A DNA stretch of 64,000 bases from Polyangiaceae bacterium (GCA_965222375.1 CBDCTZ010000016.1:1632001-1696000), one strand, 5' to 3'; counted from the stretch's first letter, positions 29,139 to 38,652 are shown. Program-made: numbers and translations. Notes: generated by a model not told the origin, from the letters alone.

Positions 29139-29320
29139 TTGGTTGGGGTCGAGCACAGGGGCGTCGCTGGGCCACTACTCTCGTTCTGGGCCGGCCTGGC
29201 GCAATGCATGCTGCACGGCGGGAGTAGCGCAGTAGCGACGCCCCAGCACTCACCCCTTCGGGTGTTGCCCCTTCGGGCATCGAAGCGCGTCACAAGCGCG
29301 TCGCCCCCCAATCCCAAACA
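29139..29320. repeat. Dispersed structured intergenic element, copy 2 (nested inverted repeats plus two CTTC-loop hairpins)
   Basis: TTGGGGTCGA (29143) / TCGCCCCCAA (29301). GGGGCGTCGCT (29158) / AGCGACGCCCC (29234). CTACTCTCG (29175) / CGGGAGTAG (29219). CACCC-CTTC-GGGTG and TGCCC-CTTC-GGGCA, followed by CGAAGCGCGTCACAAGCGCGTCG as in copy 1. Confidence 0.9.
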
Positions 29321-29332
29321 AACCGTGGGCCG

Positions 29333-31369
29333 CTATTCGTCGACTTCGCCGTCGTCGGACGCGGACTGCATCTTCATCAGATCCCTGTCCGTGAGGTAGA
29401 CAGCAGAACCGCCGCTGGTGGGTTTGGCGGGCGCGGGAGCTTCTGGTGCCGGGGACGCTTTGGCCGCCGCGGGTTTCGGCTCTTCGGCACCGCCGCCGGT
29501 TCCGGATTTCGGCGAGGCCGAACCGCCGCCGGGGAGCTCCAGATCGGGTTCCGAGGATTCTTCGCCTTCCGCTGGGCTCGGGCCGGCGGCGACAGGCTCC
29601 TCGAGCACCGGGGGCTCTGCAATGGCTTCTAGCAGCTTGTCGTAGCGCTCCTTCACCTTGGCGAAATCGCCTCGTTCGCTGGGAGGCAACACGCGCATGC
29701 CGTCTAGGTTCAGCGTTTCCGCGTCGAAGAACTTCCCCTTCTTCTTTGCGGTGAAGTGCAAATGCGGGCCTGTGGAGCGGCCCGTGGAGCCGACGTAGCC
29801 GATCACTTGAAGCCGCTTCACCTTGTCGCCGACTTTGAGGCCTTCCGCGAAGCGGGATAGGTGGGCGTAGCCCGTCTCGATGTCGTTGTAGTGCTCGATC
29901 TTGACCAGATTGCCGCTCGCGCCCGCATAGCCGACGAAGGAGACGGTGCCATAGGACGACGCGCCTACGGGCGTGCCGGCCGGCGCCCCGAAGTCCGTGC
30001 CGTTGTGGGGCATGACCTTCTTCAGCACCGGATGCATTCGCTTCGGGTTGAACTTCGAAGTCACCGGCGCGCCTTTGACGGGTTTGCGCCAGCCGCCCTC
30101 ATAGGGTGAGCGCCCCGAGGTGTCGAAGTAGCCTTTCGAGCTGCTGCCTCGGAAGTAGTAGATGCGCAGGGGTTTCTCGTCCTTTCGGAGGAGCTCCATC
30201 GCCTCCACCCCGGAGTAGCGAGCGAATTCGCCCAGCACGGTCACTTCTTGAGCCACGACTCGAATGCGGTCGCCCCGCTTGAGCTCTTCGATGCTCAGGT
30301 GGCCGCTCAAGGTCTTCGCGAGGGCTTTCGCCATGCCTCGTTCGAGCCCAGCGCGTTCGGCGGCGTCATCGATCTTGCCGGCCTGCAACGTGAAACCACC
30401 AGAGCGCTGCACCCGTTCGATCTTCAGGTCGAGCTTCTTGCCCTGCAGCAGCTGGGCGGAGTTCTCCTTCGCTTGGTAGATCTCTTCCTTGCTGACGATG
30501 TACTCGAAGGCCTTGATGCGCTTGCTGCTTCGTTCGATCAGCGCAGCGAAGGCGTCGGACTTCTTGCAGCGATCCAGGTTGCGCATGCCTTTTAGCGCCG
30601 TATAGACGCGGTAGGCCTGCTTCTTGTCGACCCCAGCTTTCTGGATTGCGCGAAGAAACGGCGCCGTGCCGATGGTCCCCTCGACGACGCGCATGCCGGC
30701 CTTGCCCTTGGCGTCCTTGATCCGCCAAGGGCCGGGGATCTTGACTCGCTTGGGTTTGGGCGTCGTGGGCTCGGCCGCGGGTTTTGCTTCGGAGCCTTCT
30801 GACTCGCCTTCGGTTTTGGCCTCGATGGGCACGACTTCGCCGGGCTTTGGATCGAGCGCGGTCGCCAAGGCGATCACCGAGGCGACGGCCGCTAAACCAA
30901 GCAGCGCGCCGAAGAGGGCGACCATGTTCGGTGAAAAGGCAGGTCGGCCTTGAGGGGCCATCGGTGCTGAGGGGGCCCGACGCGGCGCGCCACTCGTGCC
31001 GATTTCGTCGAAGCCCCGGGGTGCGCTCAGCGGCGTCTCGATGGGGCTGTCCTCAGCGGCACCTTCGCTTCGCGCGGCGCTGGCCCGCGCTCGGGCCATG
31101 AGCCGAGCTTTGACCGGATGCACGTTGGGGTCGGTGATCGGGGGTTCGTCCTCCGGCTCCTCCGGGCTCGCTGGGTCCACGGCTGGGGAATTCGCCGTGG
31201 TCTCGGGAAAAGGGGCCGGATCGTCCGAAATCGAGCCGGTGTCGTCGCTCGGACGCTCGTTGGCCTCGTCGAGTTCGAGCATCGGCTCGGTCTCGCCATC
31301 GTCGCGGGCGAGCGGATCGACAATTCGACCCACGTGTCGCACGCCCTCGGGATGGGCTCGGGACGCCAC
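29333..31369 (-). CDS. M23-family metallopeptidase (peptidoglycan hydrolase), membrane-anchored
   Basis: RMHPVL...HNGTDF, YAHL, GSTGRSTGPHLHF. One TM helix. Start uncertain. Confidence 0.9.
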   Translation of the reverse strand: MASRAHPEGVRHVGRIVDPLARDDGETEPMLELDEANERPSDDTGSISDDPAPFPETTANSPAVDPASPEEPEDEPPITDPNVHPVKARLMARARASAARSEGAAEDSPIETPLSAPRGFDEIGTSGAPRRAPSAPMAPQGRPAFSPNMVALFGALLGLAAVASVIALATALDPKPGEVVPIEAKTEGESEGSEAKPAAEPTTPKPKRVKIPGPWRIKDAKGKAGMRVVEGTIGTAPFLRAIQKAGVDKKQAYRVYTALKGMRNLDRCKKSDAFAALIERSSKRIKAFEYIVSKEEIYQAKENSAQLLQGKKLDLKIERVQRSGGFTLQAGKIDDAAERAGLERGMAKALAKTLSGHLSIEELKRGDRIRVVAQEVTVLGEFARYSGVEAMELLRKDEKPLRIYYFRGSSSKGYFDTSGRSPYEGGWRKPVKGAPVTSKFNPKRMHPVLKKVMPHNGTDFGAPAGTPVGASSYGTVSFVGYAGASGNLVKIEHYNDIETGYAHLSRFAEGLKVGDKVKRLQVIGYVGSTGRSTGPHLHFTAKKKGKFFDAETLNLDGMRVLPPSERGDFAKVKERYDKLLEAIAEPPVLEEPVAAGPSPAEGEESSEPDLELPGGGSASPKSGTGGGAEEPKPAAAKASPAPEAPAPAKPTSGGSAVYLTDRDLMKMQSASDDGEVDE

Positions 31370-31503
31370 GGGGCCGACCTAGCAGCAGGGGGCCATGGGA
31401 GCAAGGGAGGCAGCAGGAACCCTGAAGGTCTGTTCCCATGTTGCCCTGGCTGCCGGGCCGGGGGGCTTGGCCCGGAGCGCGACTTCGACAACACTCCCGG
31501 GCT

Positions 31504-32247
31504 ATGGACGACCACCTGAAGCAGCTACTCCTGCTCGGTCGAGAGCACTACCAAAAGCGGGAGTACGACAAAGCCGAGTATCTGCTGCGACAAGTCGTCG
31601 ACAAGACGGACCAATACGCCGACGTCCATCACATGCTGGGTGTGATCACGCATAGCCGAGGAGACTTCGCTCAGGCGGAGGAGCACTTCGAGCGCGCCGT
31701 GGAACTCAACCCCAACTACACCGAGGCCGCCCTCAACCTGATGGTCACCTACAACGACTTGGGCAAGTACGACGCGGCACGTCAAATCTACGCGCGGATC
31801 CGGAACCGCTCCGAAGGTCACGAACGGCACCAAGATCCATTTGCCAAAGGCAAGATCGCGAACATGCACGCGGAGTTGAGCCAGGCCTACTTGGACCTAG
31901 GTATGACCCTAGACGCGATTCGCGAACTCGAGAAGGCAACGACCCTATGCCCAACCTTCGCGGATCTGCGCACCCGATTGGGCATTCTGTATCGAGACAG
32001 TGGCGACTTGATCCGAGCCCGCGAGCAGTTCGAGGAAGCCAAGCGGGTCAATCCGAAGTATCTGCAGGCACGTGTGCTGCTGGGCGTTCTGCTGCTGAGC
32101 GCTGGTGAGAACGATACCGCGGCGACCGAGTTCGACGCGGTGCTGAAACAGGACCCTGAAAACAAGAGTGCGCAGACCTACCTGCGCATTGCGGAGCGTC
32201 GCAAGAGTGAGGCGCCGCCTGCCAGTGGTGAAGAAGCCGACAAGTGA
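31504..32247 (+). CDS. Tetratricopeptide repeat protein
   Basis: Repeated TPR patterns (A..HFERAVELNPNYTEA; A..QFEEAKRVNPKYLQA). ATG at 31504. Confidence 0.88.
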   Translation: MDDHLKQLLLLGREHYQKREYDKAEYLLRQVVDKTDQYADVHHMLGVITHSRGDFAQAEEHFERAVELNPNYTEAALNLMVTYNDLGKYDAARQIYARIRNRSEGHERHQDPFAKGKIANMHAELSQAYLDLGMTLDAIRELEKATTLCPTFADLRTRLGILYRDSGDLIRAREQFEEAKRVNPKYLQARVLLGVLLLSAGENDTAATEFDAVLKQDPENKSAQTYLRIAERRKSEAPPASGEEADK

Positions 32248-33448
32248 AGGGCCCCGCTCAGCTTCGTCTCCGTCGGCCAGCTCTGGCGGCCCTGGCCGCT
32301 TCCGTCGACTCTGGCATCAGCTCCGCGGCGGCCTGATATCGCGGCGACGCGCTGCACTGAGCGTAGCCGTCGGGCTCTTCATCGGGTCGCTGCCCCTCTA
32401 CGGTCTGCATCTGCCCTTGGTGCTGCTAGTCTGCATCCCGGCGCGGCTGGACGTGGTCACCGCCTACCTTGCGGCCAACGTCAGCAATCCGCTTTTTGCG
32501 CCATTTCTGGTGTTCGCGGAGGTTCAGGTGGGGGCCCTGATGCTCACGGGCAAATGGGCCGGTTTTGATCTAGAGCGCGCACGAAACCTGGAGGTTCAAG
32601 ACGTACTGGCCTTCTTGGCACTCGGGTCCGTGGTGTGCGGGGCCGCGTTGGCAGCCGTCGGTGGCGTGATCGCCCACCGGATTGCTCCGCGAGGGAAGAA
32701 GAGCGCGGAATTGTTGGAGGGAGCAATAACGCGTGCAGCCAGTCGCTATGCCGAAGCGCCCCGTCGAGACCGTGTGTACGTGCAGCTGAAGTTGATGACG
32801 GATCCGGCCACGAGTGCCCTGGCGGAACTCGGTGACGCGGGGGTCGTGTTGGACGCGGGCTGTGGGCGAGGGCAGTTCGGGATCTTGCTCGCGGAGCTGG
32901 GTGCGGCACAGCGCGTGATCGGCAATGATTGGGATGAGCGACGAATCCAAGTTGCCGGCTATGCGGCCTCAGACGCCGATGACTTCAAAGTGGAGAGCTT
33001 GCTCGAGGCGACCTGGGTCCCCTCGGACACGATTTTGCTTCTGGACGTGCTGCACTACCTATCCCAATCCGACCAAGACGCGGTGCTGCGAGAGGCGACT
33101 CGGGCCCTGAAACCAGGAGGGCGGCTTCTGATTCGCCAACTGGAGACCCGGCGCCCGCTGCAGCGGATCTGGGAGTGGTTCTGCGTCCGCCTCGGGCTGT
33201 ATCGCGCCCGTAGCGTCACACCTCGCAAGCTCGAGCAGGTGGCGCAGCTCTTGGGGGATTTGGACTTGTTGGTCCGAACCCTGGAATCCCCCGCGCTTTG
33301 GGGTAATCGCTTCCTGCTCGCTTGTGCGCCTCAGGCCACGTCCGACGGCGCCACCCCGGACGCGGACTCCGGCGCAACCTCGGTCAGAGGAGTGGACGAA
33401 GCGTCACGCAATTCAGCCACATCAGCGTCGAGCATCTCGCCCAGGTAG
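32228..33448 (+). CDS. DUF2062 membrane domain fused to class I SAM-dependent methyltransferase
   Basis: AALSVAVGLFIGSLPLYG...VSNP (DUF2062). VLDAGCGRG, LLDVLHYL, LKPGGRLLI (methyltransferase). Start uncertain. Confidence 0.8.
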   Translation: MKKPTSEGPRSASSPSASSGGPGRFRRLWHQLRGGLISRRRAALSVAVGLFIGSLPLYGLHLPLVLLVCIPARLDVVTAYLAANVSNPLFAPFLVFAEVQVGALMLTGKWAGFDLERARNLEVQDVLAFLALGSVVCGAALAAVGGVIAHRIAPRGKKSAELLEGAITRAASRYAEAPRRDRVYVQLKLMTDPATSALAELGDAGVVLDAGCGRGQFGILLAELGAAQRVIGNDWDERRIQVAGYAASDADDFKVESLLEATWVPSDTILLLDVLHYLSQSDQDAVLREATRALKPGGRLLIRQLETRRPLQRIWEWFCVRLGLYRARSVTPRKLEQVAQLLGDLDLLVRTLESPALWGNRFLLACAPQATSDGATPDADSGATSVRGVDEASRNSATSASSISPR

Positions 33449-34104
33449 CCAAGCGCTGCGGCGGCTAGATCTGGCAGCGGGGCGGGCTGTTTGTCCAGCT
33501 CAGTCAGGCTCGTCACGCCGAACTCCCGGATACCGCAGGGCACGATCAGCCCGAACAAAGATAGGTCTGTGCTCGAATTGAAAGCGAAACCATGCATGGT
33601 CACCCAGCGGGAGATGCGCACGCCGATCGCGCCGAGCTTGGCCAGGCGCTTGGCTTTGGCTTGGCCCTCCCAGCGCCCGGGCGCCGCGGCGTCTACCCAC
33701 AGGCCGATCTGGTCAGCGATCTCGCCGCCGAGCACGCCGTAGTCTGCAGCCATGCGAAGCATGGTTTCGCACAAGTCGCTTACGTAGCGTCGAACGTCGC
33801 GGCGGTCCGGCGAAAGATCGATGATCGGGTAGCACACAAGCTGACCAGGGGCGTGCAGTGTCACATCGCCACCACGTCCGATCGACACGACGTCGACGCC
33901 CATTTTCTTCAATGCGGTTTCAGGCATCAGCACGTTTTCGTCCTGGGCGCCCCGTCCCAGCGTGATCACGGGTTCATGCTCCAAGAGCAACACGCTGTCC
34001 CCGACCTTGCCCTGCTGCCGAGCGGCCTGCAACGCCTGCATCAGTTCATGAACCGCTGCATACGGGCGGCGACCGAGCCAGTATCCCGTCAGGTTGCGGC
34101 GCAC
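33331..34104 (-). CDS. lipB: Lipoyl(octanoyl) transferase
   Basis: LLEHEPVITLGR, RGGDVTLHAPGQLVCYP, KLGAIG, HGFAFN, IVPCG. Confidence 0.95.
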   Translation of the reverse strand: MRRNLTGYWLGRRPYAAVHELMQALQAARQQGKVGDSVLLLEHEPVITLGRGAQDENVLMPETALKKMGVDVVSIGRGGDVTLHAPGQLVCYPIIDLSPDRRDVRRYVSDLCETMLRMAADYGVLGGEIADQIGLWVDAAAPGRWEGQAKAKRLAKLGAIGVRISRWVTMHGFAFNSSTDLSLFGLIVPCGIREFGVTSLTELDKQPAPLPDLAAAALGYLGEMLDADVAELRDASSTPLTEVAPESASGVAPSDVA

Positions 34105-34108
34105 GCTG

Positions 34109-35605
34109 TCACTCCGGAACGTGCTGTCCCTCGTCGCGCAGCTCGTCGCGCAGCGCGTCGATCTTTTCGACGAAGGAGCCCGCTAGGTCAGGGTCGAACT
34201 GGGTGCTTGCACAGCGAGTGATTTCGTTGATAGTGACCTCGTGGGGCAACGCGCGCCGGTACGCGCGGTCGCTGGTCATGGCGTCGTATGTGTCGGCAAC
34301 GGAGATGATTCGCGCGACGATCGGAATGTCTTCTCCGGTCAGGCCTACCGGATATCCGCGACCGTCCCAGCGCTCGTGGTGGAGGTACACCCCGGGAATG
34401 ACGGGTTCCAAGAACTTGATGGGGTCGAGGATTTCCCGTCCGTATACCGGGTGCTTTTTGAAGATCTCGTACTCTTCTTGAGTCAGTTTGCCAGGCTTGT
34501 TCAGGTTCATGACGCAGCCCACTTTGCCGATGTCGTGCATCAGGGCGGCGTGGCGCACGATCTCGATCAGCGCGTCGGGCAAGCCCAGCCAGCGCGCCAG
34601 TGCGACTGCGTAGCGCGAAACGCGCTCCGAGTGACCCGCGGTGTAGCGGTCCATCTTGTCGATGGTCTGTGCGAGGCCCTGAATCGTCTGCTGAAAGGTG
34701 GCTTGGAGATCTTCGTAGAGCCGAGCGTTTTCGATGGCCGCCGCCGCCCGCGACGCAATGATCGTGAGCAGCTTTCGCTGGCCCTCGTCGAATCGTTTGC
34801 TGGGGGTCACCGAGACCACGGCCAGCCATCCGAGCAGGCGCTCCCGCATTCGCATTGGCACGACTGCGAGGCTGCAGAGCTGCCCGCCGGGTATGGTCGC
34901 GAAGAACTCCGCGGCTCGATTGCCGTGCTCTACGATCCAATCTCCGGATGCGAGTCGCTTGCTGAGGAGAGCGGTGTCCAGCTTGCCTGGGGCGATGTCG
35001 CTAATGGTTTCCGATACTTCGGTTCTCCGCTCCGCGTAGCCTCCGCTGCCGTCCTCCAAATAGGTAGAGACGATATCGGCTCGCACATCGGTGAGGGCAC
35101 TGTCGATGAGGGTGTCCCCGACCTCTTCCATCGACAGGCTCGCGGCGATGGCCTCGCTGACTTTGTAGAGGGATAGCGCTTCGCGCAGGCGTAGGTTCTC
35201 GGCGGCCAGGCGCCGCTTCTCGAGGCCGCGCTGGACGATGTGGATGATCTCTTCGACCTTGAACGGTTTGAGGATGTAGTCGTAGGCGCCGCGCTTCATC
35301 GCGTCGATGGCGGTTTCCACCGTACCGAAGCCCGTCATGATCACCGTGACGGTGTCTGGATGGGCCGACGAGACCTCTTGCAACAACTCCAGGCCTCCCA
35401 TCCGGGGCATCTTGAGGTCGCTGATGATGAGATCGTAACGCGCCCGCCCGAGTTCCCCGATCGCGCTTGCGCCGTCCTCCGCGGTCCGGACTACGTAGCC
35501 TTCCATGCCCAGGAAGTCCGCGAGAATGTCGCGAATGAACTTCTCATCGTCGACCACCAAGACTCGGGGGCGGTCGTCCACGGGTGCTTCGTTGGGTGAG
35601 ACCAT
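34109..35605 (-). CDS. Response regulator REC-GAF-HD-GYP (cyclic dinucleotide phosphodiesterase)
   Basis: REC: VVDDE, SDLKMP, KPF. GAF segment. HSERV, HDIGK, HHERWDGRGYP, VADTYDAMTSDRAYR. Confidence 0.93.
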   Translation of the reverse strand: MVSPNEAPVDDRPRVLVVDDEKFIRDILADFLGMEGYVVRTAEDGASAIGELGRARYDLIISDLKMPRMGGLELLQEVSSAHPDTVTVIMTGFGTVETAIDAMKRGAYDYILKPFKVEEIIHIVQRGLEKRRLAAENLRLREALSLYKVSEAIAASLSMEEVGDTLIDSALTDVRADIVSTYLEDGSGGYAERRTEVSETISDIAPGKLDTALLSKRLASGDWIVEHGNRAAEFFATIPGGQLCSLAVVPMRMRERLLGWLAVVSVTPSKRFDEGQRKLLTIIASRAAAAIENARLYEDLQATFQQTIQGLAQTIDKMDRYTAGHSERVSRYAVALARWLGLPDALIEIVRHAALMHDIGKVGCVMNLNKPGKLTQEEYEIFKKHPVYGREILDPIKFLEPVIPGVYLHHERWDGRGYPVGLTGEDIPIVARIISVADTYDAMTSDRAYRRALPHEVTINEITRCASTQFDPDLAGSFVEKIDALRDELRDEGQHVPE

Positions 35606-35701
35606 ATCGGGGATGGGGCGTCAGACTATCAGAAAGGCTGCTGCCAAAGTCACGTAACGGAAGCGAGTCCGCCACGGGTGTTCAGCGGAAATGGCGATTC
35701 T

Positions 35702-36298
35702 TCAGCTGCGCTGACCGAGCAGTCCGCCAAGCGCGCGGCGTTGCGGCTCGGGATTGTGCGCTTTCAGATACGCCAGATTCAGCCCGTTGATCAGCGCATG
35801 CGCCGCAATGGGGCCCAACAGGGATCCGCTCAACTGGAAGATGCTGCCCAGCGCCAAACCGGTCAGACTTGCCCAGCCGATCCAGATCCAGCGGCTTGGC
35901 CCGCGGATCTGGTGCGCTAGGCCGAACAACAGCGCTTGCGGCAACAACCCGAGCCACGGCGCCAGCAGACCGCGAAAGAGCAGCTCCTCTCCGAGCGCGG
36001 AGAGCAACGCCAGTGCGACGATGCCGACCGTACTCAAACCGCTCGCGAGCGGGCGCAGCTCCGAATGCAGTCGCTGCGCCCACGCAAAGCGCGTCACGAA
36101 CGCGCGGGTCATCACCACGACCAAGGTGCCGACAGCGAGACCCAGTGCGAGGCTATACGAGTGACTCGAGGCCGAGCTCAGAGCTAGCCAAGGCTCCGGG
36201 TGCACCCAGGCCGATCCCGATCTCCAGACCGCGGCGACGGTCGTGGCAGCAACGGCCAAAAATGCGTAGAGCGCTGCGAATCGAGCCCAACGCGTCAC
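35702..36298 (-). CDS. CPBP (CAAX/Abi) family intramembrane glutamic endopeptidase
   Basis: EELLFRG (EExxxR), FGLAH (FxxxH), AAHALIN (HxxxN). Hydrophobic. Confidence 0.9.
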   Translation of the reverse strand: MTRWARFAALYAFLAVAATTVAAVWRSGSAWVHPEPWLALSSASSHSYSLALGLAVGTLVVVMTRAFVTRFAWAQRLHSELRPLASGLSTVGIVALALLSALGEELLFRGLLAPWLGLLPQALLFGLAHQIRGPSRWIWIGWASLTGLALGSIFQLSGSLLGPIAAHALINGLNLAYLKAHNPEPQRRALGGLLGQRS

Positions 36299-36365
36299 GC
36301 TCCGACTATGGCACGCGGTGGGAATTTGCGCACCCCATCACCCGCCCCGACGGTCTGGAAGATGC

Positions 36366-37106
36366 ATGACGGCCCGGCCCGTTCCGGGGTATGGTCGCAT
36401 CGTGGCTCAGGGCGATCCGCCTGAGGTGCTCGAACGGTTCAACCAAAACCTCGATTTGGTCGAGATCATTGCTCGACAGGTCGGGCGAAGTCTAGGTCGG
36501 ACCATCGAGTTGGATGACCTCATTAGCTATGGCCGGGAAGGACTTCTGGAGTCCGCCAGGCGTTTCGACGGTGATCGCGGGGTGCCCTTCCGTGCCTACG
36601 CGAACTTCCGGGTGCGGGGTGCGGTCATCGACGGTGTTCGGGCCCTGTCCAACCTGCCACGACGCGCCCACGAGCGCTTGGCGGCATACCAAGCCGCTAC
36701 CCGGTTCTCCGAAGGTGCCGCCGAAGACGCCCTGGCTGGGGATCAGGCGCCGAGTCGCGAGGAGGCCGCTCGGCTCTTGGGAGAGCATCTGGCCGGCATG
36801 GCGGCTGCTGCGGCAATTGGCCTGGTTGCGCACACAGCGCGCGGTGAGGAAGGCGAGCACGTAGGAATCGCACGGGACGACAGCCCCGAGGACGCCCTGG
36901 GGCGCGCACAGCTGCTCGAGGTGGTCCGGGAGGCGATTGGGGAGCTTCCGGAGCAGGAGGCCGAACTGGTTCGCCGCCACTACCTGGAAGGGGATCGCTT
37001 CGACCACGTTGCCAAAGAACTCGGGCTCTCCAAGTCCTGGGCAAGCCGCCTCCACACACGCGCAATGGCTCGCCTGGCGAAGCGTTTGAGAGGCGAAGCC
37101 GGCTAG
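36366..37106 (+). CDS. Sigma-70 factor, FliA/WhiG (sigma-28)-like
   Basis: ELDDLISYGREGLLESARRFDGDRGVPFRAYANFRVRGAVIDGVR. Region 4 ELGLSKSWASRLH. Confidence 0.85.
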   Translation: MTARPVPGYGRIVAQGDPPEVLERFNQNLDLVEIIARQVGRSLGRTIELDDLISYGREGLLESARRFDGDRGVPFRAYANFRVRGAVIDGVRALSNLPRRAHERLAAYQAATRFSEGAAEDALAGDQAPSREEAARLLGEHLAGMAAAAAIGLVAHTARGEEGEHVGIARDDSPEDALGRAQLLEVVREAIGELPEQEAELVRRHYLEGDRFDHVAKELGLSKSWASRLHTRAMARLAKRLRGEAG

Positions 37107-37151
37107 GTCACTTTCTTAGCAACCCATGCCCGCGCAGGCCGATGGGCTCTC

Positions 37152-37472
37152 ATGTCATTTCCCATTCCTCCACGCTCCGAGGCGGAGTTAGTGAGTCGCA
37201 CGCCTTCGACCACCGGCAAGATTGGCGGCGCCGAGCGAAAAGCGGCGCTGCACCAGCCTTTTCGGGAAGTCCTGGGCCGGCTAGGCCAAGAGGTAGACCG
37301 AGGCGAGCGCTTGGTCGAGCGCGCCATTACAGCTGCACCCAGCTCGGACCCAGGGCAGCTAATCGCTCTGCAGGCTGGTATCTACCGCTACACCGAGGCC
37401 GTCGAGCTCAGCTCCAAGCTCGTTGATCGCACCGGCGCTGCTGTACGCACTGTCTTGCAGAACCAAGGTTGA
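37152..37472 (+). CDS. Small helical protein resembling the T3SS inner-rod protein (SctI/EscI/HrpB2-like)
   Basis: 106 aa. C-terminus DPGQLIALQAGIYRYTEAVELSSKLVDRTGAAVRTVLQNQ fits the P-x-x-L-x-x-L-Q...EL-x-x-K-x-V...V-x-x-x-L-x-x-Q pattern. Confidence 0.6.
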   Translation: MSFPIPPRSEAELVSRTPSTTGKIGGAERKAALHQPFREVLGRLGQEVDRGERLVERAITAAPSSDPGQLIALQAGIYRYTEAVELSSKLVDRTGAAVRTVLQNQG

Positions 37473-37548
37473 CTGCCTGACACGCCTATTTGGCCGACAG
37501 CCTTGGCGGTTTGTGGGGGGACGGGCTGGGTCGCGCTATTCTTGGCGC

Positions 37549-38652
37549 GTGTCGCAAGAGCGCATTCTCGTAGCCATGAGTGGCGGGGTCGATTCGACCT
37601 TGGCGGCCGCACTACTGCAGGCTACCGGGGCCGAGGTCGTCGGCGTGACGCTCCACCTCTGGGACTACCCAGATGACGGCAGCGTCAAGGGCCGGTGCTG
37701 CGCGCCGGAAGACGTACACGACGCTCGACGGGTGGCCGACCACCTGGGGATTGCGCACTACGCGTTCGACCGCCGCGAGCTGTTCAAGTCCGAGGTGGTC
37801 GACCCCTTCGTGGACGCCTATTTGAGCGGCTCGACCCCGAGCCCGTGTGTTCGCTGCAATCGCGGCGTCAAGGTGCGAGAGCTACTCCATTTGGCCGACA
37901 CGCTGGGGGCGCAGACGGTCGCGACGGGGCACTATGCCCGCGTCGCGGGTTCGGAGCCGCACCTGTTGCGGGGCGTAGATAGGGACAAAGACCAGAGCTA
38001 CTTTCTCCACATGCTCGGCCCCGAGGTTTTGCGCCGTCTACGCTTTCCTCTTGGTGAGCTCACCAAGGCCGAGGTGCGGGCGGAAGCCCAGCGCCTGGGG
38101 CTGCCGGGAGCGAGCAAGGGGGAAAGCCAGGAACTCTGCTTCGTGCCCACCGGGCGCTATGATGCCTTCGTGGACGAACGCGCTGGTGACCGGATTCGCC
38201 CCGGGCCGATCTTGGATGCGACTGGGACCGTAGTGGGTCGACATGATGGTGTGCACCGGTTCACGCCCGGTCAGCGCAAGAACCTGGGTGTCGCGTTGGG
38301 CTACCGCGCCTTCGTAGTGGAAGTTGACGCAAAGGGAGGCGGGGTGCGCTTGGGGACTCGACAAGACGCCCAAATGGATGGTCTCGAACTGAGCGAGGTC
38401 GTCGTACATGGCAACGAATCCCCGCAGTTGCGCTGCCAGGTCGTCACGCGTTACCGCCAAGCTCCGGTGCCGGCGTTGGTAGAGTTCAGGTCCCCCGGGC
38501 AGGCTCGGGTCCACTTGGATCGCAGCCTGGAAGTAGTGGCGCCAGGCCAATACGCCGTGTTGTACGCAGGGGAGCGGGTCTTGGGCGGAGGGCTGGTCGA
38601 GCGTACCTTCTCTAGCCGCGGTCCCTCGTCGGCCGTGGAGGCGACGGCATGA
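37549..38652 (+). CDS. mnmA: tRNA 2-thiouridine(34) synthase
   Basis: VAMSGGVDS, TPSPCVRCN, ATGHYA, KDQSYFL, ESQELCF, PGQYAVLY. Confidence 0.96.
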   Translation: MSQERILVAMSGGVDSTLAAALLQATGAEVVGVTLHLWDYPDDGSVKGRCCAPEDVHDARRVADHLGIAHYAFDRRELFKSEVVDPFVDAYLSGSTPSPCVRCNRGVKVRELLHLADTLGAQTVATGHYARVAGSEPHLLRGVDRDKDQSYFLHMLGPEVLRRLRFPLGELTKAEVRAEAQRLGLPGASKGESQELCFVPTGRYDAFVDERAGDRIRPGPILDATGTVVGRHDGVHRFTPGQRKNLGVALGYRAFVVEVDAKGGGVRLGTRQDAQMDGLELSEVVVHGNESPQLRCQVVTRYRQAPVPALVEFRSPGQARVHLDRSLEVVAPGQYAVLYAGERVLGGGLVERTFSSRGPSSAVEATA

